Below, piece after piece: positions 1 through 8,803 of a DNA stretch of 46,116 nt. Source of the DNA: Verrucomicrobiota bacterium (GTDB taxonomy: Bacteria; Verrucomicrobiota; Verrucomicrobiia; Verrucomicrobiales; DEV007). Made by a program: the position numbers and the translations under genes. Each line of letters opens with the position of its first letter. Positions within the stretch are counted from its first letter, which is position 1. The notes under the pieces are model-generated. The model searched no databases and was not told the origin of the DNA. It was given only the letters and a program-made list of their open reading frames with translations. Location: positions 1-46,116 of the forward strand of contig JASFYY010000116.1 of NCBI GenBank assembly GCA_045046875.1, read 5' to 3'.

Positions 1-138
1 GCGAGCATGGAATCGTACTAATTATCGGGCCGTTTTTCAAAACCCTAAATCGCGATTATGGATCTTTCACGATCAATAATCCAATATTTCCATCGGTCGT
101 AACTCTTGATATTTAAGATATCTACGAACAATCTTAAT

Positions 139-154
139 TTTTGGACACTACGGG
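139..154. mobile_element. IS-type terminal sequence TTTTGGACACTACGGG
   Basis: Near-identical copies at 5870-5884 and 34084-34096. Related to the terminal inverted repeat of the element at 1549-2439 and adjacent to an integrase remnant. Confidence 0.6.
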
Positions 155-159
155 AGACA

Positions 160-290
160 CCACCGGCTCCTGTGGTGATATAAACCTTCTCTCCTCCTAC
201 ATTTCCAACAGGCGCGATTAACTCATTATTCAACGACTGATGATTACGTTCTTCATGATAGTTATCCATGAATTCGGAAATAGCATAAAC
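160..290 (-). pseudogene. C-terminal remnant of an integrase-core (DDE) transposase
   Basis: YAISEFMDNYHEERNHQSLNNELIAP aligns with YVIKEYMEHYHKERNHQGLDSRIIAP at 1683-1877. No catalytic core is present upstream. Boundaries are approximate. Confidence 0.75.
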
Positions 291-408
291 CTCAACCAAA
301 CTTCAGCCCCTCCTTTCATCATAACTCCTTACAGGGCATAGCCTTTCACCTCGAGCTATTTTTTGGACAGGACGCCGTTGCTTTTCTCTTCGAGAAGAAG
401 AAGGGTTT

Positions 409-1497
409 TCATCGAGTCACGAGGTCGGAGATGCTCTTGTCGATGGGGAGGGTGGCGGCTTCTTTGAGGTCACCCTTTTTCGTGATGCGAAAGGCGTGGA
501 GCGTTCCGCCTTTGAAAGCGGCGGTGAGGAGATACTTCGCATCGGGAGAGAAGGCGATGCCCCAGGGGATTTCGCGGGTGGAGGTGTGGCCGAGGTGTTG
601 GAGTTTTCCGTCTTCAAGGACGCGGTAGCGATTGATGCCGTTGGGTAGAGCGGATTCGTCGGCACTACGTTGACCGGTGAAGAGGAATTGGCCGTCCGGA
701 GTGATTGCACAGTCGGAGGCGGAAGCGGCGCTCTCGGGGCGTTCGTCCGTGGGGAACACATCAACGGATTGAATGAATGTGAGGGCACCCGAGGGGGTCT
801 TTTTGTAGACGGAGGCACCAATGCCTTGTTCGTTGCTGAAGTAGACGAAGGGTTTGATCGGATGGTAGGCGATGTGACGCGGGCCGGTGCCTTCGGGTGG
901 ATTGGCGTTGGGCGGGTTGAGAGGAGTGAGCTTGCCAGTGGCGGTGTCGAAGGCATACTGGAGAATGGCGTTGGAATCTTTGACGTAGGGAATGTAAACG
1001 AATTTGTTGTCGGGAGAGGGCAGGACGGCGTGGGCGGCATTTCGGCCTTCATTGAGGAAGGCGATGCGCGTGCCGGGGACACCGTGTTCGTCGATAGGGT
1101 AGACGTCGATGTGGCCGCCACCGTAGTCAGCACCGAGAAGGAAGCGGTTGTCGCGGTCGAGCGAGAGGTAGGAATAGCCGTGTTCGAGGATGAGGGACGC
1201 GTGACTTTTGTAATTGCCGTCAGCATTGAGGGTGACTGTGGCTCCGGGGGAGTTTCCTTCATCGCCTCTGGTGGTGGAGACGTAGAGAAAGGGTTTTTCG
1301 GGGTGAGCGACGATGGTGGCGGCCGTGAAGTCGAGGGCGACTTTTTCGATTACGGAGAAGGAGAGTTCTTTGCCGGTTTCGGTGGCCTTGACGATCCAGA
1401 GCTGGCTGGTGGTGCGGCTCGGGAGGTAGACGTGGAAGTCGGCGGCGGAGCTCGCGAGGGTGAGCGCGGTGGTGAAGAGGATGAGGATTGTTTTCAT
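409..1497 (-). CDS. Exported lactonase-family beta-propeller (6-phosphogluconolactonase/YbhE-like)
   Basis: Signal peptide; motifs ADYGGG, AHAVLPSPD, GTGPRHIAYHP and TPDGQFL are typical of the lactonase propeller family. Confidence 0.85.
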   Translation of the reverse strand: MKTILILFTTALTLASSAADFHVYLPSRTTSQLWIVKATETGKELSFSVIEKVALDFTAATIVAHPEKPFLYVSTTRGDEGNSPGATVTLNADGNYKSHASLILEHGYSYLSLDRDNRFLLGADYGGGHIDVYPIDEHGVPGTRIAFLNEGRNAAHAVLPSPDNKFVYIPYVKDSNAILQYAFDTATGKLTPLNPPNANPPEGTGPRHIAYHPIKPFVYFSNEQGIGASVYKKTPSGALTFIQSVDVFPTDERPESAASASDCAITPDGQFLFTGQRSADESALPNGINRYRVLEDGKLQHLGHTSTREIPWGIAFSPDAKYLLTAAFKGGTLHAFRITKKGDLKEAATLPIDKSISDLVTR

Positions 1498-1682
1498 GGA
1501 ATGGAAATGTGGATATCAGTGGCGTCTCGGCGAAACGAAGTCAATCCCGTAGTGTAGAAAACCTCTGATACTACCTGTTTTGCTTGATTCAATGGCGGGG
1601 TTTTGTTTTTGAAAGTTGTCGTTCTACTTCCCCAGACACATTTTATCTGGGCGTTTGGTGTCGTGACTATGAAGCTAACTGA

Positions 1683-2328
1683 TTAGGCTGCCTCACGGCA
1701 ATAAAAATTGAGCAACCCACCGATACGTTGGCGGCGCTCAATACCCCCTGCCTCTCCCCCTCTAAACTCAGGCGCTATGATTCGGCTATCTAGCCCCTGG
1801 TGGTTACGTTCCTTATGGTAATGCTCCATGTATTCCTTGATCACGTAGCGTAACGACCTCTCACTGAAGAATATCATCCTGTTCAGACATTCAGATTTGA
1901 TGGGTTTAACAAATCGCTCGGCAAACGCATTTAGGTTTGGTGATCTGCTAGGAAGCCTGACTGAGTCAATTCCCTCGTTCCGTAGGGTTTTAAGAAACTT
2001 AGCAGTGTAAACAAGGGGTCGCGGTCATGGATTATGAACTGATAATCATTTAAAAAATCATCGAAGCCATCTGTCAGGTTCCTCCCAATTTGCTCCATCC
2101 ATAAGCCATTAGGTGTGGACGTAATGCCCGCAATATGGACTTCACGGGTTGCCAGTCTGATCACAAACAACACGTGCTAGCGAACGATGCCGCCCAGCGT
2201 CCAAATCTCGACTGTACTTCCTCCCGGAGATATTGGATGACGGACTGCTGCTCTCGGTTAATCCAACCCGCCAGACACAAAAGAACAAAAGAACAAAAGA
2301 ACAAAAGAACAAAATGACATAGATTCAT
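1683..2328 (-). pseudogene. Integrase-core transposase pseudogene (internal deletion, stop and frameshifts)
   Basis: ATG at 2328 reads MNLCHF...LAGWINREQQSVIQYLREE and joins out of frame to TVEIWTLGG...IHDRDPLFT. A further frameshift leads to SPNLNAFAERFV...HYHKERNHQGL...RIGGLLNFYCREAA. Confidence 0.85.
2277..2314. repeat. 8-bp tandem repeat (ACAAAAGA) x4.75
   Basis: Directly visible; lies within the 5' coding part of the transposase pseudogene. Confidence 0.95.
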
Positions 2329-2384
2329 GCACAAAGTGCCACTATTTATGCTAAATCCGATCGAAATATCGGAAAATTGCCCTG

Positions 2385-2439
2385 TCCTAACCTCTTCTAT
2401 TTGGGTCAGTTGTGAACGAACATAGTTTTTCTACACTAC
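2385..2439. repeat. 55-bp direct repeat, copy 1 (copy 2 at 5735-5789); IS left-end sequence
   Basis: Manual ungapped alignment gives 43/55 identity; both copies end in ACTAC. Confidence 0.8.
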
Positions 2440-2471
2440 TGGTTCGAAATTTGTGGGCTTGAAAAAGTCTT

Positions 2472-2524
2472 CAATCACCTTCAGTTCTTCACAAATTCTA
2501 GTTTTCTAAGGCTGCCCCCTCCGC
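2472..2524. repeat. 53-bp dispersed repeat, copy 1 (copy 2 at 20805-20857)
   Basis: CAATCACCTTCAGTTCTTCACAAAT is identical over 25 bp; 46/53 overall by manual alignment. Confidence 0.9.
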
Positions 2525-2682
2525 TGAACCGATATAGGCTGTAAAATCTCGTCATTAATCAAGATTACTTGATCTTAAGCACGGACATTAAAATATTTTC
2601 CCTGCTTGAGACCAGGCGTTTACATCACTGATCACTATGGTATATTCTTCCAACACCAACTCATTTTGCATCACTACCCGCT

Positions 2683-3258
2683 GTGAGAAAAATCCTTCTA
2701 GCCGTCGCCCTCTTATTCGTCCTGCTGATTACGGGAGTCGCCGGCGTAATTTATTATGTTAAAGCTAAGATAAAAGAAGATCCGCGTGGTGTGATCAAAC
2801 AAATGTGGAATTTTGTTGAGGATGAAGAAACGAAACAACAAATTATCAGTAATGAATCGGCTGCGATCAATGCCCTTCTAGTTTATGTTAAAGCCCAGAC
2901 CACTTATAAATCTGAAAAAGGTCATTATGCCAACACGCTTAGCAAGCTGGATCTCCCCGCAGAGATAAAACAGGCAGACATGGATGCTTTCGCATCTGGA
3001 GAAAACAAATCTTTCACCGGCGAAGGTTACAAAGGCTACACCTTTGCCCATGTCCGGAAAAACGGCACACAAGGCATGAATTACGAAAAAGATTTTGTGC
3101 TCTGCGCCTTTCCTGCGATGTATCACATGAGCGGATTGCACACATTCGTTATTGGTCCCAAGGGCATAGTATTACAGAGTGACACCAATGGAATGCCTGT
3201 TCACAATGCAACAATCTTTTCCAATGGTGACTGGATCGCTCTCCCTATTACCAAGTAG
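2683..3258 (+). CDS. Membrane-anchored DUF2950-like protein
   Basis: N-terminal TM helix. NESAAINAL...AQTTY and YKGYTF...FVLCAFPAMYHMSGLHTFVIGPKGIVLQSD resemble the DUF2950 C-terminal region. Confidence 0.65.
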   Translation: MRKILLAVALLFVLLITGVAGVIYYVKAKIKEDPRGVIKQMWNFVEDEETKQQIISNESAAINALLVYVKAQTTYKSEKGHYANTLSKLDLPAEIKQADMDAFASGENKSFTGEGYKGYTFAHVRKNGTQGMNYEKDFVLCAFPAMYHMSGLHTFVIGPKGIVLQSDTNGMPVHNATIFSNGDWIALPITK

Positions 3259-3334
3259 TCCTTACATCACCAAACAAACAGGGGCGTTATTGGGATATCA
3301 TCGGAACATGATGAACGGCCTCAATATGCCCCCC

Positions 3335-5236
3335 CTATTTCTCTGGGACAAAAATATCCAATTGCTTCAGCCTATGTTCAAGATATCTAAGATCATCAAT
3401 GGGAATAGGTTGATCTCTTACTATATTTTCCACCTGTTCAGTGTCTTTACGTTGGTTCCAGAGCCAGACCAGATACACCAACGTGTTCCGACGTAAATCA
3501 TCGTTCCCTAAAGCCATAACCCATTCGAGAGTGTCATCTGGATTGGCAAACCAATTCTTCCCAACCAATAATCCTAGTATTGCGAATGATTGTAATTTCT
3601 TATCTTTGATATCTTCCGCGTAGGTGACTGCGGCGCCTTCATCAATGGTGACCCAAACCGATAAGACCCCTTGAATTGCTCCGTTATATGCAATAGGCCG
3701 CTCCAGTCGCTTCGCAAAGGCTAGCCCCGCATCAACCGTGTCACGCTTGACCAACAATTCCGCCAACCGCTGCGACATATTTTCCAATTGCATTCGCTCC
3801 GGAGTAAATTTCACGTAACTTTTTATCGCTCTATCCAGATCGTAATCCGCCATCTTGAGAGTTGCATCTCGAACGCTGATCCATTGATCCGGCCACCATT
3901 GACCTGCCTCCAGCGCATCGAGAATCCGTCCTGGATCCTCGTTGGCCAAATACTTTCCCGCTGCTCGAAAAAAGGTCACCCTCGTCTTTCTGTCTTTCAG
4001 GTTTTCACCAAATTCCCAAGCCGCCTCGGTGTCGGATTCAATCCATCGCCTGACTAGCCCACTCAGTGCTAGCAGCTTCAAATCGCCGTCAGGCATAGCG
4101 AGGATTTCTTTGGCTAACTCTCCTTCTTTTCCCTTGGTGTGATACGCCGTCCAGTCTTTTTTCTTGGGCGCTTCTTCCTTTGCCTTTTGTTCTGTGGTTA
4201 GTTTTTCCGCATCTTTCTGTGCTAGTAATGTGCCTGAAAATAAAGCAACCGTTATGACCAAAGCGATAAAAATACCAAGCGATGAGGGTAAAGCTTTGCG
4301 GCTATTCGATGTTTTCAAGATTCTCTCAATCCGGCAAAGAAGGTCATCATTGTTCGCTGCCTGAGCCAGTTGTGAAACCTCTTCTAGACGACTACTCTCC
4401 AGACTTGTCAATGCCTTGGCGTAATCAAACCGACTCTCACTTCTTTTCAACACCATGTCATCACATGCAAATTCCCTTTCACGTCGCAGACGTCGCGACA
4501 CCCACCAGACTGCCGGATGAAAGAAGAGAACCGTTTCTGCTATTGTTTGCATAAGATTGATCAAATAATCCTGCCTTCTGATATGAGCTAACTCGTGAGC
4601 CAGTATCAATTCGATCTGCTGGTGTGACAATCCGGCCAATGCGGAGACCGGAAGAAGAATCACCGGCTTCAACCATCCAAATGTTATGGGTGATATAACA
4701 CGGGAGTGTTTTAAAAGAATAACCTTTCTACGAATCCCAATGCGCCCAATCACGTTATCAAATGCCGCGAGAATATTGCCTTCTTCCACGGGAATACTCC
4801 GCTTACGAAGATAGTGGAGATTGAACCACGCGCCGGTGAGTCGTAATGCGAATAAAGCGGCGCCCATGAACCACCCGATTCCTATCCAAATTCGCCATGT
4901 CGACACATTCTTCACTGATACCGAGATGAAAGAATCATCCACGAAAAATCCTTTCTCTAGCAAAGTGTGATTGGGTACACTTCCGCTTGGTGCTGAAATA
5001 GAATGTAACCTCGCAAGGGATGATTGATCTGATCCCTGGCGCATCACTGTTACAACTGGCAATGCGATCATTAGCGCCAACGCAACTGCAGCGGCAGCAG
5101 AGCGAACACGAGGACAAACAAAGGTGTATTGAATCGCTGCATACCCCGCAGCTATCACGACTCCCTGCCAGAGAAAGTGCAGCAATGCGAACCCGGCTCG
5201 GTCAAATAATTCGAGATGTAGAGTTGTGAAATTCAT
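3335..5236 (-). CDS. blaR1: BlaR1/MecR1-family M56 metallopeptidase signal transducer with an alpha-helical C-terminal extracellular domain
   Basis: LLHFLWQG, SPITFGWLKPVILLP, HELAHIRRQD zinc motif, FFHPAVWW and EREFACDD; ATGA overlap with blaI. Symbol is family-level only. Confidence 0.92.
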   Translation of the reverse strand: MNFTTLHLELFDRAGFALLHFLWQGVVIAAGYAAIQYTFVCPRVRSAAAAVALALMIALPVVTVMRQGSDQSSLARLHSISAPSGSVPNHTLLEKGFFVDDSFISVSVKNVSTWRIWIGIGWFMGAALFALRLTGAWFNLHYLRKRSIPVEEGNILAAFDNVIGRIGIRRKVILLKHSRVISPITFGWLKPVILLPVSALAGLSHQQIELILAHELAHIRRQDYLINLMQTIAETVLFFHPAVWWVSRRLRREREFACDDMVLKRSESRFDYAKALTSLESSRLEEVSQLAQAANNDDLLCRIERILKTSNSRKALPSSLGIFIALVITVALFSGTLLAQKDAEKLTTEQKAKEEAPKKKDWTAYHTKGKEGELAKEILAMPDGDLKLLALSGLVRRWIESDTEAAWEFGENLKDRKTRVTFFRAAGKYLANEDPGRILDALEAGQWWPDQWISVRDATLKMADYDLDRAIKSYVKFTPERMQLENMSQRLAELLVKRDTVDAGLAFAKRLERPIAYNGAIQGVLSVWVTIDEGAAVTYAEDIKDKKLQSFAILGLLVGKNWFANPDDTLEWVMALGNDDLRRNTLVYLVWLWNQRKDTEQVENIVRDQPIPIDDLRYLEHRLKQLDIFVPEK

Positions 5237-5619
5237 TTTTTCTTCCCTGTATTTTCCAATTTATCGATAAGTTTCCGGATTTCGCACAGTTCTTCCGGTG
5301 ACGTCGGATTCTCCGACAGTGCCGAAAGAACAAGCTTCGAGGTGGATCCCCCAAACACTTTGTCCTGTAATTCCCCAAGCAATTGACGAGCAGTTTGTTT
5401 TTGATTGTGGTCAGCAGAATAAATATGACTGCGTGCGGATTCATCTCTATTCACAAGTCCCTTTTCATGCATGATTTGCATTAATTTCAGGATTCCGGTG
5501 TATCCCGTTTTTTGTCCCTGTTCCTCCCATACCTGCTTTACCGTTCTTGGCCCTTGCGTCCAAAGGACGTGTAAAATTTCCAGCTGAGCTTCTGTGGGCT
5601 TCTGTTTTTTGCAGTTCAT
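5233..5619 (-). CDS. blaI: BlaI/MecI/CopY-family transcriptional repressor
   Basis: PTEAQLEILHVLW, GYTGILKLMQIMHEKGLVNRD and VFGGSTSKLV; directly upstream of the M56 gene. Symbol is family-level only. Confidence 0.93.
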   Translation of the reverse strand: MNCKKQKPTEAQLEILHVLWTQGPRTVKQVWEEQGQKTGYTGILKLMQIMHEKGLVNRDESARSHIYSADHNQKQTARQLLGELQDKVFGGSTSKLVLSALSENPTSPEELCEIRKLIDKLENTGKKK

Positions 5620-5629
5620 TTAGTGATCA

Positions 5630-5668
5630 TACGAAATATTTCGTAGTATGTCTACGATTATTTTCGTA
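5630..5668. promoter_or_regulatory. Two tandem BlaI-type operators (TACGA-N6-TCGTA)
   Basis: Perfect palindrome TACGAAATATTTCGTA (5630-5645) and TACGATTATTTTCGTA (5653-5668), 10 and 33 bp upstream of the blaI ATG. BlaI-family proteins autoregulate through TAC...GTA dyads. Confidence 0.85.
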
Positions 5669-5734
5669 GTTCTTGCGGCACTCACTTTATTTTTCATACA
5701 CCCAGATCACACTCTCTCTTCAGATCTCACCTTT

Positions 5735-5789
5735 TCCTAACCTCCTCTGTTTTCCCCAGCTGTGCACTAACATAGCTTTTCAATACTAC
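5735..5789. repeat. 55-bp direct repeat, copy 2 (isolated IS left end)
   Basis: 43/55 identical to 2385-2439. Confidence 0.8.
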
Positions 5790-5869
5790 GGCTCCAAATT
5801 TTGATCAAAATAAAAAAATTTGGATAATCCTCAACATTCTAATTACGTGTTAGTCGCGAGCAGTCCTAA

Positions 5870-5884
5870 TTTTTGGACACTACA
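5870..5884. mobile_element. IS-type terminal sequence TTTTTGGACACTACA
   Basis: Shares TAATTTTTGGACACTAC with 135-151; sits near the border of the GC-richer operon. Confidence 0.6.
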
Positions 5885-5974
5885 TTCCTAACACTTATAA
5901 TAACATATATTCTCCCACCCCTCTGCCTCCCTGAGAAAAACTGTCGTCGGACTAACTTCTGTGTCCTTGATCCA

Positions 5975-7828
5975 TCATGTCGAGAGCATCGCCTGAGCCC
6001 GCTGAAGCTCATCGGCGAAATCTGGTGACTTGTAGCGCTCGGGTACCAGCGCGGGGTAGCTGCTGGTGGAGGCGGCGATCAGGGATTGTGCGGTACGTTT
6101 CGCCACGATGCCCTTTGAAGCCGACCAGGTTTCAAGCACACGGGTCACCGTCATTTCCGCAACATCCCGGCGAGCGCTCTTCACTTCACGGATAAGAAAA
6201 TCCAGGTCGCGATTCGAGTACCAGTCGGTGGCTGCCACCACCTGATCCAGCTCCTCACTTTCCAGCACGATTCCCTTTAGGGCGAACATGGCCTTGAAGA
6301 AGTCTTTACGCTCATCGCCCTCCAGATCGAAAATCGGGATTTGTTTCGGTGCGCGGCTGAGCACGTCGGGATCGAGTAGATCGGGCCGGGTAGTCATCAG
6401 GCACCAGACGACTTTTGAGAGCAGTCCCTTGTCGGACATCATCTTGATGATGTTTGCCATCAGGCGCTTCTCAGTAGCGTGGGTTCCACCGGAATGGATG
6501 CTGCCGAAGGCGGCGTGCGCTTCATCGACGAGGATGGCGACCTTGCCGTAAATCTCCACGTAGCGTCGGACCATCTCGAAGAGCCGGTCGGTGCCGCCGA
6601 AATCTGACGAGCGGATCTGCGAAAGCTCGATGACGATGCGTCCGGAGTCCGCGGCGTGGGCCTCGACATTGAAGGTCTTACCGACGCCGTTTGGCCCGGA
6701 AACGACGAAGGCGGAGATGGCGGTGTCCGGGTCCTCGCAGTCGCGGAAGACACGCTTGATGGCATCACGCGGGCCTTGATAGCCGCGCAGATCCTCATCG
6801 CCATGCTGAGGGCGCTTGATGGTCACCACGCCGTCGAGTTGCGCCATCAGGATGTCATTGAGCAGGGCGTTCACCGCCTCGCGAGTGACCGGTTTTTCCG
6901 AGCGGGCAGATTCTTCCAAGAGTGAGGAAATGGCATTCAGCCCGAGTCCGGCGGATTCCTCGGTGAAGTCCCAGGCACTGTCTCCGAAGGCCGGCGTGGC
7001 GGATTCCGGATCCTTTCGGAACTCTTCGATCTTGTGCTCCACAAAATGGCGACGCGTCGCTTCGTCAGGAAAACCGACCTCGATGATCTGACTGGAGGGC
7101 AGAGAATAGATTCGTGAATTCAGCTCGGCGCGGTTGTCGGACACCAAGATGGTGATGTGTCCGCCAGCGTGGTAGCCGGGATCACTCAGCCAGCTGAGCA
7201 AAGTGGCCAGACGGCTGCGGTCGAGCTCGGAGAGCTTGCCGAAATCCCCCGGTGGAAAGAAAGCTCCGGCCAGGCGGACGATGGTGCAGATGGGTTTGAC
7301 CCGGTTGCCGCTCTCGGTCGCTTCGCGCGCCATCTCGGTGAGTTCACGCAGCAGAACGAGCGCCGCGCCAGGGCGTTGTTTGGTGCGTTCGAGCAATTGC
7401 TCCGGCGTGGGGCTGGCCGGCCTATTAGACTTCTTCTTGCCATGGGAACGAGCACGCAGGTGGCGATTGACGATCTCCGATCCGAAGTCGATCAGCCCAC
7501 CAAGTGAATCCACATCCTCCCCGGATGTGCCCGGCAGATTGTTCCTGTTCCAACCAATGGCATCGAAGAGCGACCGGCGCTGGTCGCTATCGTAGAAACC
7601 GACGCCAAGCGATAGATCGAGCCGGATCATGGTGAAGTGTCCGTCGAAGGACTGGCAAAGACGCTCCTCCAGAGGCGCGTAGCCAGGACCGTCACGATCC
7701 GGAAAGATGCCCATGACATCGCCCGTCAGGACGAAAACTCGCTTGCCACGATGTTTCACGCCATCGACCAGCGACTTCATGAAAGGCGGCGTGGGTCCGG
7801 GAGTGAGGGTGGTTGCTGCCGTGCTCAT
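5975..7828 (-). CDS. Classical-clade AAA+ ATPase with a degenerate N-terminal AAA-like domain
   Basis: Walker A GPNGVGKT, Walker B ILVDEAH and SRH-like TTRPDLLDPDVLSR in the C-terminal half. The N-terminal half lacks Walker A but has IEVGFPDEATRRHFV, typical of the end of an AAA module. Confidence 0.85.
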   Translation of the reverse strand: MSTAATTLTPGPTPPFMKSLVDGVKHRGKRVFVLTGDVMGIFPDRDGPGYAPLEERLCQSFDGHFTMIRLDLSLGVGFYDSDQRRSLFDAIGWNRNNLPGTSGEDVDSLGGLIDFGSEIVNRHLRARSHGKKKSNRPASPTPEQLLERTKQRPGAALVLLRELTEMAREATESGNRVKPICTIVRLAGAFFPPGDFGKLSELDRSRLATLLSWLSDPGYHAGGHITILVSDNRAELNSRIYSLPSSQIIEVGFPDEATRRHFVEHKIEEFRKDPESATPAFGDSAWDFTEESAGLGLNAISSLLEESARSEKPVTREAVNALLNDILMAQLDGVVTIKRPQHGDEDLRGYQGPRDAIKRVFRDCEDPDTAISAFVVSGPNGVGKTFNVEAHAADSGRIVIELSQIRSSDFGGTDRLFEMVRRYVEIYGKVAILVDEAHAAFGSIHSGGTHATEKRLMANIIKMMSDKGLLSKVVWCLMTTRPDLLDPDVLSRAPKQIPIFDLEGDERKDFFKAMFALKGIVLESEELDQVVAATDWYSNRDLDFLIREVKSARRDVAEMTVTRVLETWSASKGIVAKRTAQSLIAASTSSYPALVPERYKSPDFADELQRAQAMLST

Positions 7829-8790
7829 GAGGTTCTGTTGCTGTCCGCGTGATCGTGGTCGAAGTTCGCGATATGCTGGCGGTGCTCGGGGTCGAGCACG
7901 TCCTCATGAACCTTACGCCGTAGTTGGCGGAACTCCGGAAAATCAATGACCGAGGTCGGGTGTGGGTAGTTGCCACCGAGGGCAGCGGTCACGTCGCGGT
8001 CAGTGACGATGCGTGCGCCAATCTGTTCGTCTGCGTTATCCGCCGTCCAGTATTGGGAAAGTCCGATAACCCGGCTGCCGAGGAAAAGCGCCTCGTCCAA
8101 ATCGTGTGTTACGAAGACCACCGTGAGCTGGTGCCGCTCGGCCTGCTCCAGGATAAAGAGCTGCATGTCCTCCCGTGTGCTGTGGTCGAGCGCGCCGAAG
8201 GGCTCATCCATCAGCAGCACCTTGGGTTTCATGATGGTGGCTTGCGCGATGGCTACACGCTGCTGCATGCCGCCGGAAAGCTCGTGCGGGAACTTGTTGC
8301 CATCGTCCTCGGTCAGCCCCACGCTTTCGAGCAAGCTGAAGGCTTCCGCCCGCGCCTCACGAAAGACCCGCCGGTAGCGTGGCCCAATGCTGCGAATCAG
8401 CGATTCAAACGGACCGGTCTGCTGAAGAAGCGGGCCAAGCGCGATGTTATTGGCGACGGTGAGGTGGGCGAAAAGCGAGTAGCGCTGATAGACGATGCCG
8501 GTCTTCGGGCTGACGTGCCTCACCGGCTCACTGTCCACCATGACCTCGCCCGCAGTGGGAAACTGTGAACCCAGAATGAGCCGGAAGAGCGTAGATTTTC
8601 CACACCCGCTCGGGCCAACGATGGTGGTAAACTCTCCCTGACGGATGGTCAAATTCAGCCCTTTGAACACGGTGACCGAGTCACGCTGGAGCTGGAAGCC
8701 CTTGTCGAACTTCAGCTTTGGCTTTGATTCATAGGTCACCTCCGTATTCCGGAGTTCGACGACCGCTTTTCTCTCTTCGTTCATGCTCAT
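7825..8790 (-). CDS. ABC transporter ATP-binding protein (NitT/TauT type)
   Basis: GPSGCGKST, LSGGMQQR, LLMDEPFGALD, FVTHD. Confidence 0.95.
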   Translation of the reverse strand: MSMNEERKAVVELRNTEVTYESKPKLKFDKGFQLQRDSVTVFKGLNLTIRQGEFTTIVGPSGCGKSTLFRLILGSQFPTAGEVMVDSEPVRHVSPKTGIVYQRYSLFAHLTVANNIALGPLLQQTGPFESLIRSIGPRYRRVFREARAEAFSLLESVGLTEDDGNKFPHELSGGMQQRVAIAQATIMKPKVLLMDEPFGALDHSTREDMQLFILEQAERHQLTVVFVTHDLDEALFLGSRVIGLSQYWTADNADEQIGARIVTDRDVTAALGGNYPHPTSVIDFPEFRQLRRKVHEDVLDPEHRQHIANFDHDHADSNRTS

Positions 8791-8803
8791 GTCGGTTGTT
8801 AGG

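Larger units (their letters stand above)
1549..2439 (-). mobile_element. Internally deleted, non-autonomous IS-like element (integrase-core transposase) with 13-bp terminal inverted repeats
   Basis: GTAGTGTAGAAAA (1549-1561) and TTTTCTACACTAC (2427-2439) are exact reverse complements enclosing a broken transposase. No target-site duplication is visible. Confidence 0.75.

Noticed and set aside
45..299. 84-aa ORF as an intact gene
   Set aside because: Only its first half resembles an integrase tail; the rest reads through an element end into non-coding DNA.
417..1557. Long alternative-frame ORFs 417-1262 (-) and 670-1557 (+)
   Set aside because: They overlap the well-supported lactonase and have the low-complexity composition typical of shadow frames in GC-rich genes.
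5793..5824. Hairpin TCCAAATTTT...AAAATTTGGA as terminator of the operon
   Set aside because: The stem is AT-rich, has no U-tract on the minus strand and lies among IS-end remnants.
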